From: Epiperipatus broadwayi
Taxonomy: Eukaryota; Animalia; Onychophora
DNA: 64,000 nt
Assembly: GCA_028023455.1 (NCBI GenBank)
Contig: JAQFVV010000003.1
Coordinates: 17,732,001-17,796,000, forward strand
Direction of reading: 5' to 3'
Part shown: positions 13,701-25,400 of the stretch, piece after piece
Layout: each line of letters starts with the position of its first letter
How positions within the stretch are numbered: the stretch's first letter is position 1
Program-made: the position numbers and the translations under genes
Notes under the pieces: model-generated
Database searches by the model: none
Seen by the model: only the letters and a program-made list of their open reading frames with translations
What the model was told of the DNA's origin: nothing

Positions 13701-16052
13701 GCAGAAGTAAAACTACACTCAGATATGAACCTGGAAAAACTCAATTGATCTCTGATGAAATAGAGAAAATAAATAGCTAAAGAACTGCTAACTAGGCCAG
13801 CTGCTGCATGAAATACTGGTGTCTCATCTATTATAATTGTTATATCAAGACCTGCATTACTTTTTTTTCAACTTTATCAACTATATATGTATTGTACCAT
13901 TTATTTATATATGGTACAAATATATTAGCATTTGGTAAGATATTTAAAAGCTAAAAAAAAAAAAGTAAATTTAAAGATCTTATTAAAAGACGCAATTTTA
14001 ATTTTTTGTTAGTTAGTGTAATTTTTTTTTTTTTTAATGTACAATGTAAGTTAATATTTTGTTTCAAATTTTTTATCTATATAATTTAATGAAAGTTAAA
14101 ATTAGAAGGAATAAAAAAGACATGCAGATTACTAATCCAGATAAATAAAAAGAAACAATTCAGAAGTAAAAGATTACCATCAGTAAAACCTTTTTGGAAG
14201 CTAATTAAAGATGGCAGAATTATGATGTAAAAAAAAAAACTTTGTAACTTAAATTTAAAAAATAATGTACAAGATTATTATCTTGTATTCTATTATCACC
14301 TTGTATTCTGATAAAAGAACTAAAGAAAATAGATGGCAGTGAAGTCTAAAAATTGATTGCGAATATAAAAGGTCAAAAAAACTTAAAACTGGATCTTTGC
14401 CTTTTTCTTAACTAGCAGCTTCCATTGTGTCCAGGATAGAGAAATTGTCCTATCCTGGACTATTCATATGCAGGACTACCGCTATTCATCTGTTGAAGTG
14501 AATTGTCATGTAGAGCGGAACCAATGCATTTACAGATACCTTTCGTCATATAGGTCACTCAAAAAAAACCATCAAACCCTAGCCTTTAAGACAGACCAGG
14601 AACATAGAAAAATTCCAGCAGGAGAAACCCATTACCTTCTAATGAGCTCGGGATCCCAAGAATTTACACCAACTTACCGGTAAGCTAAGATTAACTATTT
14701 CTGATTGTGACTAAATTAAGTGCTTGTAAACCATTCTCAAATATAAGTTTATGATACAAACCTGATAGAGACATTAATTTTATTATTGAAGAGACTTTCA
14801 TTTATGGCCTAAGAAATCTAAGTATAATGTGAGCTGTGCTAATTGATTGATCAATGTTATCTGGATTAGCATGTAGATGCCTTCCAATTTTATTTAACAA
14901 TTTATCTTTAAATATTTTAATTTGTTAGAATAAAATATTTATTTCTAATATCAACTTTTCATTGTGTGTTATTAATGTTAGTTATTAAATTTATTAATAT
15001 TAGTTAATTGGATGATAAATGTATAATTTACCTTAACTAATATATCTTTAAAAAACAAACTTAAGTTATGGGACATCATAATCCCAATCTTTTTGGTTAT
15101 TTACTTGTGTTAAAATTATGAGATGCAAAGAAGTTAGGAATCTTTTGACTATGGCACCATCTTATAAATTAAAACTAACTTCATTGGTAATTCCAATAGT
15201 AATATGAATTATTATTAGATTGAGTTAATCAGGAAATATAGCTATGTTTTTGGAAATAGGAACAAGATATTTTCCTTCTCCATAGCTTGATTAACTTTCA
15301 CTCTATAGTGTGTAAAAAAAAAGGCCTACCAGAACATACCAAAATGTGAAAAACGTTATAATATATACTATCTAAGATATAAACTTAACCACACTGGAAA
15401 AATAATAGGAATAATATTTTAATATTCAAAAAGTCTTGTGCATAAATAAAAACAACTATCAAAAAAATATTAATTCTACCAAAGACTTGGTTATTCTGAA
15501 TTATTTAAATATTTAAGTATATTAATCATGCTTTATTGACTCACATAAATAAATTTAGGTCAATGTAATCACTCTTTATTTATATTTATTAACTATACAT
15601 ATGAGTTTTCAGATTACCATTAAAAATATTTTCTAATATATATTTCTAATTTATTTAATTTTATTTTGTGAATTTATATGTGAGCTTAATATTAACTTAT
15701 ATATATATTTCAAGTTTTTGTCAGAGCATTTTTCAACATAATCTCATCAGAGTAGAAATCAGATCAACCTCCCTCTCTATGGATACATTTTGCAATATCC
15801 ATTTCACTTTCTCAAGTGAGCGAGGTATATACACAGCACACATTATAATTTAACTTCATAAAGACATTTTCTTAGATGTGTTTAAATTCCTCAAATATAT
15901 GACTAAGGAGTCTGTACAAAAAAGTGGATTAGGTTCCGAAAACGTATTAAAAACATTTTATTTAAAAATTCATGTAAACGAGTTCATTTTTATTAAAAAT
16001 ATTAACATATATATGTATAACACAAAATGAAAAAACAAACAAAATATAATTA

Positions 16053-17259
16053 CACCTGGGTCTCATTTTATGCGATAGATAGGTTCCTCAGAAAACACGC
16101 ACAAACGAAATCACGCAAAAATAGATGTAACTTACATTGAAAAAGGGGGATGCGGTCTGTGATTTTACAAAATTCGCGTAAAAGCAAAGTACCAACGTAA
16201 AATTACTTTAAAATTCACGCAAAAAAAAAAAATAAAGAAATAAAATATGACTAATAAAAAATTTCAAATTTGAAAAAAATTGATACAAGACAAACTTTTT
16301 TTAACTATAATATTTAATTTTATTCAAAATAATATATTTTTATGCATAATTTACAGTACAGTAATTTACATTTTTTTATACACGTTTTAATTATTATCAC
16401 TATTTTCCCAAAAACACGTTCATTTGCAAACTAGTAAAAAATCAGATTCTCATGTGATGTGATGTGTTGTATTTGGCTTCTCCTTAAACGAAGTCAAGAA
16501 TATCTAAGCAATTATTCTCACAAGAGGAAATACAACTAGCGCCAAGTTCACTCTCATGTTGTGTTAATGGTTTTCTGTTGATGACGATGATGATTTTAAT
16601 AATTGTTTATGAACTTAGACTTATGATAATAAAAAGACATTTATTCACCACTGCTGGGAAAAATTTAATTAAAACTAACAACTAAAAATTAAATTCTTAT
16701 TTTTGTCTTTAATTTTCAATTCCATTTAAAAATCAAATTTCGTTTTACATCACATTAATTTCAAGTCGCCCGTAAGTAATTTTTAAATTGTTAATTACAA
16801 TTAAAAATCAAATTTTAATTTTTAATTGTGTCTACTGCTATTACTGACCTTTTAAAAATAAACTTGTGGACACTAAATGATTAATAATTGATTACGTTCT
16901 TTTTTAAAAAGCAAAAACAAAATGTGATTTAAAATGCAAAATTAACACGCACAATGTTTGAACTAATTTACATTATAATCTTGTAAAATTTAATGTGTGT
17001 ATACATAAAATGTGGAAATCATGATTTTAATTTCATTATTGCATAAAATCTTACAATTATAAAGCACTGAAAATATTGAAATTATACTAAGATGAAAGTA
17101 GAATTCCAATAATGTGCTATTATTTTCAATATAATGTAAGTGCGCGAAATTTATTATTTAAAGTAATAGCACATTATCGGAGGTTGACTTCCGGTGAAAC
17201 ACGAATCGCGTAACTTCAAAATCGTATTAAATAAGTCCGTGTAAAAAGAGGCCCAATTG
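16053..17259. mobile_element. pogo/Tigger-like non-autonomous DNA transposon
   Basis: Imperfect TIRs CACCTGGGTCTCATTTTATGCG and CAATTGGGCCTCTTTTTACACG (reverse complement at the right end), both flanked by TA. CpG content is higher than the flanks. No intact ORF. Confidence 0.6.
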
Positions 17260-17530
17260 TATTTTCATTTTAATAACCTTAATTTAATAATTTTCTTCCT
17301 TATCACTGCTTGATACAAACAAATGGCAAGCAACATAATATTTTCACTCACTGAATCCTTTTTATCATTTATATCTTCTGCATTCTTATTTTGATTTGTT
17401 TTCTGGTCCTTCTAAGGTTAAAACAGGCAAAACTCTCTATACCAATTGTCACTCAGTGCAAGCCAAAGTAATCAATGGATGCCAGAAGGCTTGTGCATAA
17501 AATCCCCATCTAATACCTACTCATTCAATA

Positions 17531-17572
17531 TCCCCAGACTAGTTTCTGGTTTGTGGCCTTTGTCAGTGAGGA
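17531..17572 (-). ncRNA. Minimal type I hammerhead ribozyme-like motif (family A, degenerate)
   Basis: Reverse complement reads UCCUCA CUGACAA A GGC CACAA ACC A GAAAC UA GUC UGGGGA. Stem I is UCCUCA/UGGGGA; G8 is changed to A and stem II has a mismatch. Confidence 0.6.
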
Positions 17573-17984
17573 GCCTTGGATCTGAGAGCACTGCAGCTAG
17601 ATCTTACGATCTAAGGCAACCCTTGAGCAGCCACCTTTTATCTCTACTTAACTACAACACTATGAGTCTTAAATTGAAAACATTGTAATATTTTCAATTC
17701 AAACTCATTAGCCTATATAGTAATATAAGTCTGAACTCAGTTCAATACCTATACATTTTGGTGATTTTGGTTCTTTAATAGCCATAGCCACCACTATCCT
17801 ATTAGGCAGGATTGTTTTTAAACCAATAAACATTACATGATCAAAATTTTTATGCTTGCTTTTATAACTGTTATTAAAACAGGAAAAAGTCTATATGTAA
17901 TGCCACTCAGTGCACACCAAAGAAATCAATAAATGCCAAAAGGCTTGTGCATAAAATCCCCATCTAGTGCCTACTCATCCAATA

Positions 17985-18026
17985 TCCCCAGACTAGTTTC
18001 TGGCTTGTGGCCTTTGTCAGTGAGGA
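17985..18026 (-). ncRNA. Minimal type I hammerhead ribozyme-like motif (family A)
   Basis: Reverse complement reads UCCUCA CUGACAA A GGC CACAA GCC A GAAAC UA GUC UGGGGA. Stem I 6 bp, stem II 3 bp, palindromic stem III (ACUAGU), GUC triplet. G8 is changed to A. Confidence 0.65.
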
Positions 18027-18434
18027 GCCTTAAATCTGAGAATGCTGCAGCTAGATCTTAGGATCTAATGCAACCTCCAGAAGCCACCTTTTATCTCTAG
18101 TTAACTACAAAATGAATAGAGTTTTGACTGTTTTAATAAGTTATAAACAAGCATAAGAAATTTTGATCATGGGATATTTATTGGCTTAAAACCAATCCTG
18201 ACTAATAGGATAGTGGTGGCTATGGTTATTAAAAAACCAAAGTCACTAAAATGTATAGATACTGAATTGAATTCAGACCTATATGACTATATAGGTTAAT
18301 GAGCTTTAATTTAAAATATTACCATGTTTTCAATTTAAGATTCATAGTTTTGTAATTATATAGAGATAAAAGGTGGCTGCTGGAGGATTGTATTAGATCC
18401 TAAGATCTAGCTTCAGTACTCTCAGATCCAAGGC

Positions 18435-18476
18435 TCCTCACTGATGAAAGCCACAAGCCAAAAACTAGTCTGGGGA
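18435..18476 (+). ncRNA. Minimal type I hammerhead ribozyme-like motif (family A)
   Basis: UCCUCA CUGAUGA A AGC CACAA GCC A AAAAC UA GUC UGGGGA. CUGAUGA is intact; GAAA is changed to AAAA. Confidence 0.65.
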
Positions 18477-18639
18477 TATTGTATGAGTAGGCCTTAGATG
18501 GGGATTTTATGCACAAGCCTTTTGGCATCCATTGATTACTCTGACTTGCATTGCATGGCAATATGTAAAGATAGTTTTGCTTGTTTTTATAACAGTTATA
18601 AGCAAGCATAAGAAATTGTGATCACATGATCCTTATAAG

Positions 18640-20073
18640 ATTGTTGTAGATTTCCTGGTTTTAGAGATAGACAATTTGCAGCTCCCTTTTGAATTTTTAG
18701 CTTCTTTTACTGGATGGGTCTGCATTCAAAAAAAAAGAAATCATTAGCTAAACTTAGGCCTTTTCATCACTGCTGTTCACCTCAGAATCAACTTTATTTA
18801 CAACTTCTGATGCCATTTTCAGCAAATCCATTTCACCAATTTCTTCTGCCAATAAATATTGAATGTCCTAAATATCTATATTCTCAAAATCATCACCTCT
18901 GATCAATTTAGTAAGTTCTACTATGCCACCAATTTCATCTTCTGCTGAGTCAAGCCTGTTTTCTATTTCAACTGATACTGGTCATCTTTTTTCAACATAC
19001 ATTTAACATTAATGTTTTTAATTCTTTCAATGATATGGATAACATGTTGATACACTGCTTAATTGAAAACTGCTTCCAAGCTTCCATTATACCATTTGAA
19101 CTTTATTGGTATATGTTTAAAATCTATTGTAATGAACTTCTGATGCAGTAAGTTTTAAATCGTTAAATAATACCCTGATCCAATAATTGGATTAACTAAG
19201 AGGTGTTTGATGGGAGAAATTGTACTTGGATTCTGGGATAACCTAGAGCATTATGTCTTCAAGTCCAAATTCTTCTTTTAAATAATTTTCAATCTCTGGC
19301 ACAAAATACTTCAGAAACCATTCTCTAAATAAATCTCCAGTTACTCAAGCTTTTGAATTTGATTTCCAATATATCCCAGCATGATGTTTTTATTTATTCC
19401 TTTAATTGTATGGGGATTTGAAAATCTATGAACAAGCAAGAGTTTCATCATAAAATGTCTTGATTTATTACTATGCAAAAGTAGCATTACACAATCTTTA
19501 GATACCTTAAATCCATTTGCAGTTTTTTCTTGTTTTTATTAAAAATTTTCCCCACCAAAATCCCACTTTCATTGGCATTAAAACATGATGTGGTGTGTAT
19601 CCTTGCACTCCTATAATTTTTTTTCTGGATACATCCTGGCAGCATCATAATCTGCCAACGCAGATTTGTCATTGCAAAATACTTTTTTAAAAACCAAAAT
19701 CTTTACTTGCCACAAAATCTGGGCTGATAGAAGATTCTCTATCTTCTTTATGCTCTTACTTTTTGAATATGATATTGTCATCCAATGGAATCCCCTTTTT
19801 TTTTTTTTTTTGGCAGCTATCATCAATCCCAATTTTGAATGGCTTTTCCATTTTCTCAATTATTGGCACATAGGGATGAGCTTCATATTTTGAAGATATC
19901 GAAAATCCTATAGCAACAGCACTTCTAATTTTCTTTTCATTTTTATTAATGGTTCAGACTGTTGCTTCATTTAAATTTAGAGTTTTTGCAATGTGTGATG
20001 CTTTGTCTCCTTTTATAAGTCGATCCAAAATTTGTATTTTTACATCCAGAGAAATAAATTTTCTCTTAAACAT
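18640..20073 (-). pseudogene. pogo/Tigger (CENP-B-type DDE) transposase, degraded
   Basis: MFKRKFISLDVKIQILDRLIKGDKASHIAKTLNLNEATV (CENP-B N-terminal HTH). Later pieces: ...SNSKAWVTGDLFREWFLKYFVPEIENYL, NALGYP (cf. DNAPGHP) and PSNTS*LIQLLDQGII (cf. PPNTTSLIQPLDQGII). A terminus-like TACAATTGGGGAA appears twice (reverse complement) near 20295-20312 and 20345-20359. Confidence 0.88.
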
Positions 20074-21613
20074 TTTTCCTTCTTTTTATTTTTGAAATTT
20101 AATTTTCTAAAAATTAATTTTAAGCATAAAAATATACTCTTTCTACCCTAAAAAGCTTAAAATAAGTTTCTTCCAAAACCACAAACATTAGAATTTTTTA
20201 TAATAATATTTTCTGTGATTCTCAAACTGAACACTTGAAACACAAAATAGGCAATGATATACACTTAACTCAGAGTCTTGATAAAAATAAAATTCGGATT
20301 TTCCCCAATTGTAAGTATTTAATGATATGACGATAAAAATCGGGTATTCCCCAATTGTATTTTATTTTTGTATGTATGCATATGTATTGTGTGACCATAG
20401 TGTATAATTTCGATTTCTAAATACAGTATATACTGTAGTAGTGGAATTTGAGTTTAAATCTGGAAATGTTATCCACAAAAAAAAAAAAAAAGGGAAAAAC
20501 CCATTAGCTTGGTTTGAACTCTAAAAATTTATTTTATTTATCTCGCACGCAGCAAAACCTTTAAGATTAATACGGGCTATTGTTAATCTAAGAATGATAC
20601 AATAAAACTAATGACATATATTATGTTAGAGATATATTAATAAAACTATAGTTTAATGTGATAGCAATAATAAAATAAAGTATGTATTGATAAATGCATT
20701 TATTAAAAATTTTATTTACTGCATAGTTTCAAAATAATCTTTAAATATCAACAGATAGGACATTAAACTATTGTTAAGGTATATGTGTGTGTATTTATGT
20801 TTATATGATTAAATAATATTAAATTATACAAAATACATTATTTTAAAATATTCAATTTATTTAAAACAGGTATTCAAATATTGATGATCGTATGTAAAAT
20901 AGATGAGTAGGAAAGTCTGTCAACTTTATTTAAATATAATTTGAATATATTTTATATTGCTTAATTAAAGTTATTTCTAAAACCTCAAGAAATTATTGTT
21001 AAGTCACCATAAAACTAATAAACATCAAAATAAAACTATAAAATTCTGTTCTAAAATTTAAATTTGCATTTATAATTATTAAAATATCACAAAAATTCTG
21101 TACTACAATTTAATTTTTTTATCTTTGAAATGTTGTTTTATAATTTCACTTATTGAATGAGAAATAATTCTATTTAAAGTTAAGGTTAATTAATTGAATT
21201 TAGTAAAAGTCAACAATAAGATAAGATTATTTACTCTATGAAATTATATTTTTTGTAACAATTTTTCTGTGCCCCCTTGCATCATCATGATCCACAGCTT
21301 GCACACTGTCACTCTAGAGCATAATTGCTTCATGATTGGAAAAGCTATATTGTTCAAGCTACAGCTGGTACACTTTTAAATCTTCACTTTGGTCAAATGA
21401 ATGAAAGAGTCCGATTCCAACAGTAATCAACACCATCTTTTTCCTGCTTAAGGATTCTCCAACAGATTTGAACAAGCTAACCTGGTTAAATCAACTCAAT
21501 AACATATTGTACAAAAAAAATATATTTTAAAAACTCTTGTAAAAAGTATTTGAACAGCATGGAACATCAGTTCATTGGAAAAGAACTTTCATAAAGTGAA
21601 TGAACAAATTAAT

Positions 21614-21933
21614 TTGACTCTAAATTTAGAATTACTATGGAAATTGATGTAATTAAGAATTATAGAATAAAATGTCATAGAAACAATATCCAGACGATAT
21701 ATTAAGTAATCTTAAAGAACACTATTGTTTTCAAGATCTTGATACAATACATATATTAAATAGAAGTACAGTTGACTCCAAATATGGAATTACTATGAAA
21801 ATTGATGTAATTAAAGATTACTAAATAAAATGTTATAGAAACAATATCCAGGAGATGAGATACTAAGTAATCTTAAAGAACATTGTTATTTGCAAGATGT
21901 CAAAACAATACATATATTAAATAGAAGTACAGT
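21614..21933. repeat. Two-copy tandem duplication, period about 158 bp
   Basis: TTGACTC.AAAT.T.GAATTACTATG.AAATTGATGTAATTAA...AGAAACAATATCCAG...AATACATATATTAAATAGAAGTACAGT starts at 21614 and again at 21772. Confidence 0.88.
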
Positions 21934-22179
21934 GTTATATAAGGGTTTTTTCAAATTTCTGATCATGTTAGAGTGAAATTATATTACAGATGGAATGTTA
22001 TATGAGAGTTTCCATAATTTATCTTAGTGTGTTAGAATGAAATCATGTTGAAGAAGGGTTACTTGTATATCCTTCTCAATGTTTATCTTCTTAGTACAAA
22101 ATCATCCTGTTGCATTTTTATATTATTTAGAATATACTGGATCTATATCTTTACTGATAAAATTATTTAATTATTATTC

Positions 22180-22848
22180 ATATGCTTATAGAATCAAATG
22201 ATTTTTCATAATCTACAAATCCAAAGCATAATAGCAATTTATTACTTATTGGCCCTTTCTATAACTTCTCTCAATACTTGGATGTGATACACTGTGCTAA
22301 ATCCACTTTTAAATTCAGCTTGTTCCTGTGGTTGCTATAAATACAGAGTTTATTATAGATGAGTTGAAATTATTTTGGTAAAGATTTTGTATAGAATTGA
22401 TAGAAGACTTATATACATCTATAATTTCTAATATCTCTTTTATCATCTTTTTTAAAATATCGATATCATTACTATAGTCTTCCAATCATCTAGTATGTTA
22501 TCATTTAGACATTTGGTATATAGATTTGCTAATAATTTTGTTTCCTTATTTGCTTCTTTTTAAAATATCAATATTATTTTCATTACTGCCTGGAGCTTTT
22601 CCTTTCTCCGTAGATTTCATTGCATGTCTTACTTCATTTAAATATTGGCAATTCAAAAAATGTAAAACTATGTTCTGTTTTTTTGTTCTTTATGACTATA
22701 TAATTTTTTATAGATTCTTCTGTTCATTTCATAATGCCATTCCTTTTTTAGTAACAATTCCATCTTGAGTTCTTATTGCAGAAATAACCTTCCTTCCAAT
22801 TCTAAAACGCTGTTCTACATATTTGAGACATTTATTCTTTTCTATAGC
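22180..22848 (-). mobile_element. RTE-type LINE fragment (same family as 45535-47990)
   Basis: High nucleotide similarity to 46530-47200, including the FVD(Y)EK.FDS RT motif, KAPG and DWKT/DWKN. Confidence 0.85.
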
Positions 22849-22850
22849 TT

Positions 22851-23180
22851 TTAAAACAAACAAAATTCTCTATATGTATTGCCATTCAGTGCAAGCCAGA
22901 GTAATCAATGAATACCAGAAGGCTTGTGCATAAAATCCCCATCTAATGTCTACTCATCCAATATCCCCAGACTAGTTTCTGGCTTGTGGCCTTTGTCAGT
23001 GAGGAGCTTTGGATCTGAGAGCACTGCACCTAGATCTTGTGGCCTTTGTCAGTGATGAGCCTTGTATCTGAGAGCGCTGCACCTAGATCTTATGATCTAG
23101 TGGTAATACGTATAGAGTTTTACGTGTTTTAATAACAGTTAAGAGCAAGCATAAGAAATAGTTACCATGTGATATTTATT
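22851..23180 (-). mobile_element. Family A copy with hammerhead-like motif (22964-23005) and an inverted terminal duplication
   Basis: Same sequence as the 17.4-18.1 kb unit. Internal partial duplication about 23036-23095. 23101-23180 is the reverse complement of the start and upstream flank of the unit. Confidence 0.85.
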
Positions 23181-25090
23181 TTATTAGATTTTCTTGCCAA
23201 TTTAAAATTATAATTTCTTGATTCATTATTAACTCTTTTTATATCACTTTACAAAATTCTAGATATCTACCAAATCTATCTCTTTAAATACTCATTGCTT
23301 TTTTTTTTTTTAATTAAAATCAATAATGTTTTTTTTTACTTTTTACTATCTACACTACCTTATAAAACCTATTACATGATTTCTTTGCCTCTAAATACAA
23401 ATCCAATTCTGTTTTAAAAATATACGTATTCACTTGTTAAGATAATACATCCCAATACAATCTCGGATAGTTTTTATATACAGGCGGTATGCCTTTAGAT
23501 TAAACCAGGAGTCTCTGCATTGCAATGTTTACTTTAAATCACAGCTTATTAAATCTTCAAATTTTCAGACAATAGATATGATAATCGAATTGTATATAAA
23601 TATATTTAACTTTTAATAACATAATCTCTCTAAAATATTATACTTATATATATATATATAAAATATTAAAAAGTGTGTGTTGATAAAAGTTCTCCTAAAA
23701 GTACAATCTTGAAATGGAAATATATATTGCTTTCAATTACTGTTGACCATTCGAGCTTTTTGTACCCTGAAAGTCATAAAACCCACCGGATTCCATTACA
23801 TCTTTCTCCATCATGGATCATTTGAAGTAATAACACCATTACAATATTTTGAATCTATTGGAAATGAGACAGGTGAAAGAGTCATAAATCAAATGGACAG
23901 TTACTCTTAAAAGTTAAATCTTGATCACCATTTGAAATATCAATTCTCATTATAGACTTTATTATTAATCTTAACTATAAGTGAAGGCTACTTTTTTAAT
24001 CACAAATAATATCTATACTCATTCATCTCGTAATTTATCTTCAAATATATATATATAATGAGAACATAGGATTTTGTAGCCTATGAATAAATAAGCTAAT
24101 TGTCTCTAAATATCTAAAAATTAATAGTGTGATTTTTACTGAATATACATAACATGAGGACCCCACAATGAAGCAGCAGTTGCTGCAACTATATATTACA
24201 CCCATGGTTTGAAACTTAAAGCTGAATGAAATTTAGATTTTTTTTTTTTCAGATAATTGACAATTTAAATAAGCTTATAATATTTTTTAGGAAGTCTGTT
24301 CTAGCTATTTAATTAATAGTTACTCAATGGGTATTTAATTAATCTAAGCTAGAGAGTAAAACAAAAAACTATAAAACCATCATCAATTTACAACTGGATA
24401 ATTTAGTAATGTTTTCTTATTTACTGTTCCTTTGTAGTGGAATGCTGAGAAAATATTTAATTTGTAGATTCTTCCAATTATATCAAATATAATGTTAAAT
24501 GAGAATCAAAAGATTCTTTAAAATGTAAATATTTGACAAAATTGTTAGTGGTATAACCTATCTACAATCTATTCATTTTGGTGCAATAACAGCATAAAAA
24601 TATCCTTTAAAAATTAAAAAAAGGGGAAAAATTTTGATAAATTATTGTTCTAATGATTTATTTTAATTTAAAGAATAATTTCCAATAGTTGAGAGAATTG
24701 AGATAAAATACATTAGCAATAATATCTTTCTTCATTTCAATAACTGAAGAACCACAACTCAGAAATCTGATGTCTGCTATCAAAAGCAAACAAAATCAGT
24801 TGAACATATCTATGGAATAATGGATTAATTTACTTAAAAACAATAAGCATTTTTAAATTTGCATCAATGCTATTTAGTAGACATCCAGAAAATGCTTAAG
24901 GAAAGATGCATAGTAAATAACTTTTAAGATATGTGGAGTTAAGACTTTCATAGAGGTAACTAGATTTGTCTTAATTGTATACTTTGATTTGAAAAATACA
25001 TTATATTTTGTTTTGAAAAAACACTTTCTGGAGTGGCAGTATATTTTTAATATTTTAAATCTATACTTTACATATGATATTCAATACACC

Positions 25091-25400
25091 GAGGCTAAAC
25101 TCTCCATACAGTAGTGCTACTCAGAGCCAGAGTAATCAATGGATTCATTTTGGACTCAAAGCTTTATAATTAGCTAAAAAAGTAAAAAGTGGCTGCTGAA
25201 GGGTTCCATTAGATCCTAAGATCTAAATGCAGTGCTCTTAGATCCAAGGCTTCTCACTGGTGAAAACCACAAGCTAGAAACTAGTCTGGGGATGTTGGAT
25301 GAGCAGGCACTAGATGGGGATTTTATGCACAAACCTTCTTGTATCCATTGATTATTCTGGCTTCCATTGAGTGGCATTAGTGTATGGAGAGTTTAGCCTC
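25091..25400 (+). mobile_element. Family A copy with hammerhead-like motif (25251-25292) bounded by inverted repeats of about 55 bp
   Basis: GAGGCTAAACTCTCCATACA...GCCAGAGTAATCAATGGAT (25091-25144) is inverted at 25343-25400. The motif reads UUCUCA CUGGUGA AAACCACAAGCUA GAAAC UA GUC UGGGGA. Confidence 0.85.

Larger units (their letters stand above)
17418..18630. repeat. Family A hammerhead-bearing repeat cluster: 454-bp tandem unit plus an inverted copy
   Basis: TTGTGCATAAAATCCCCATC occurs at 17491 and 17945 (offset 454). The reverse complement of the unit runs about 18120-18630. Confidence 0.9.
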
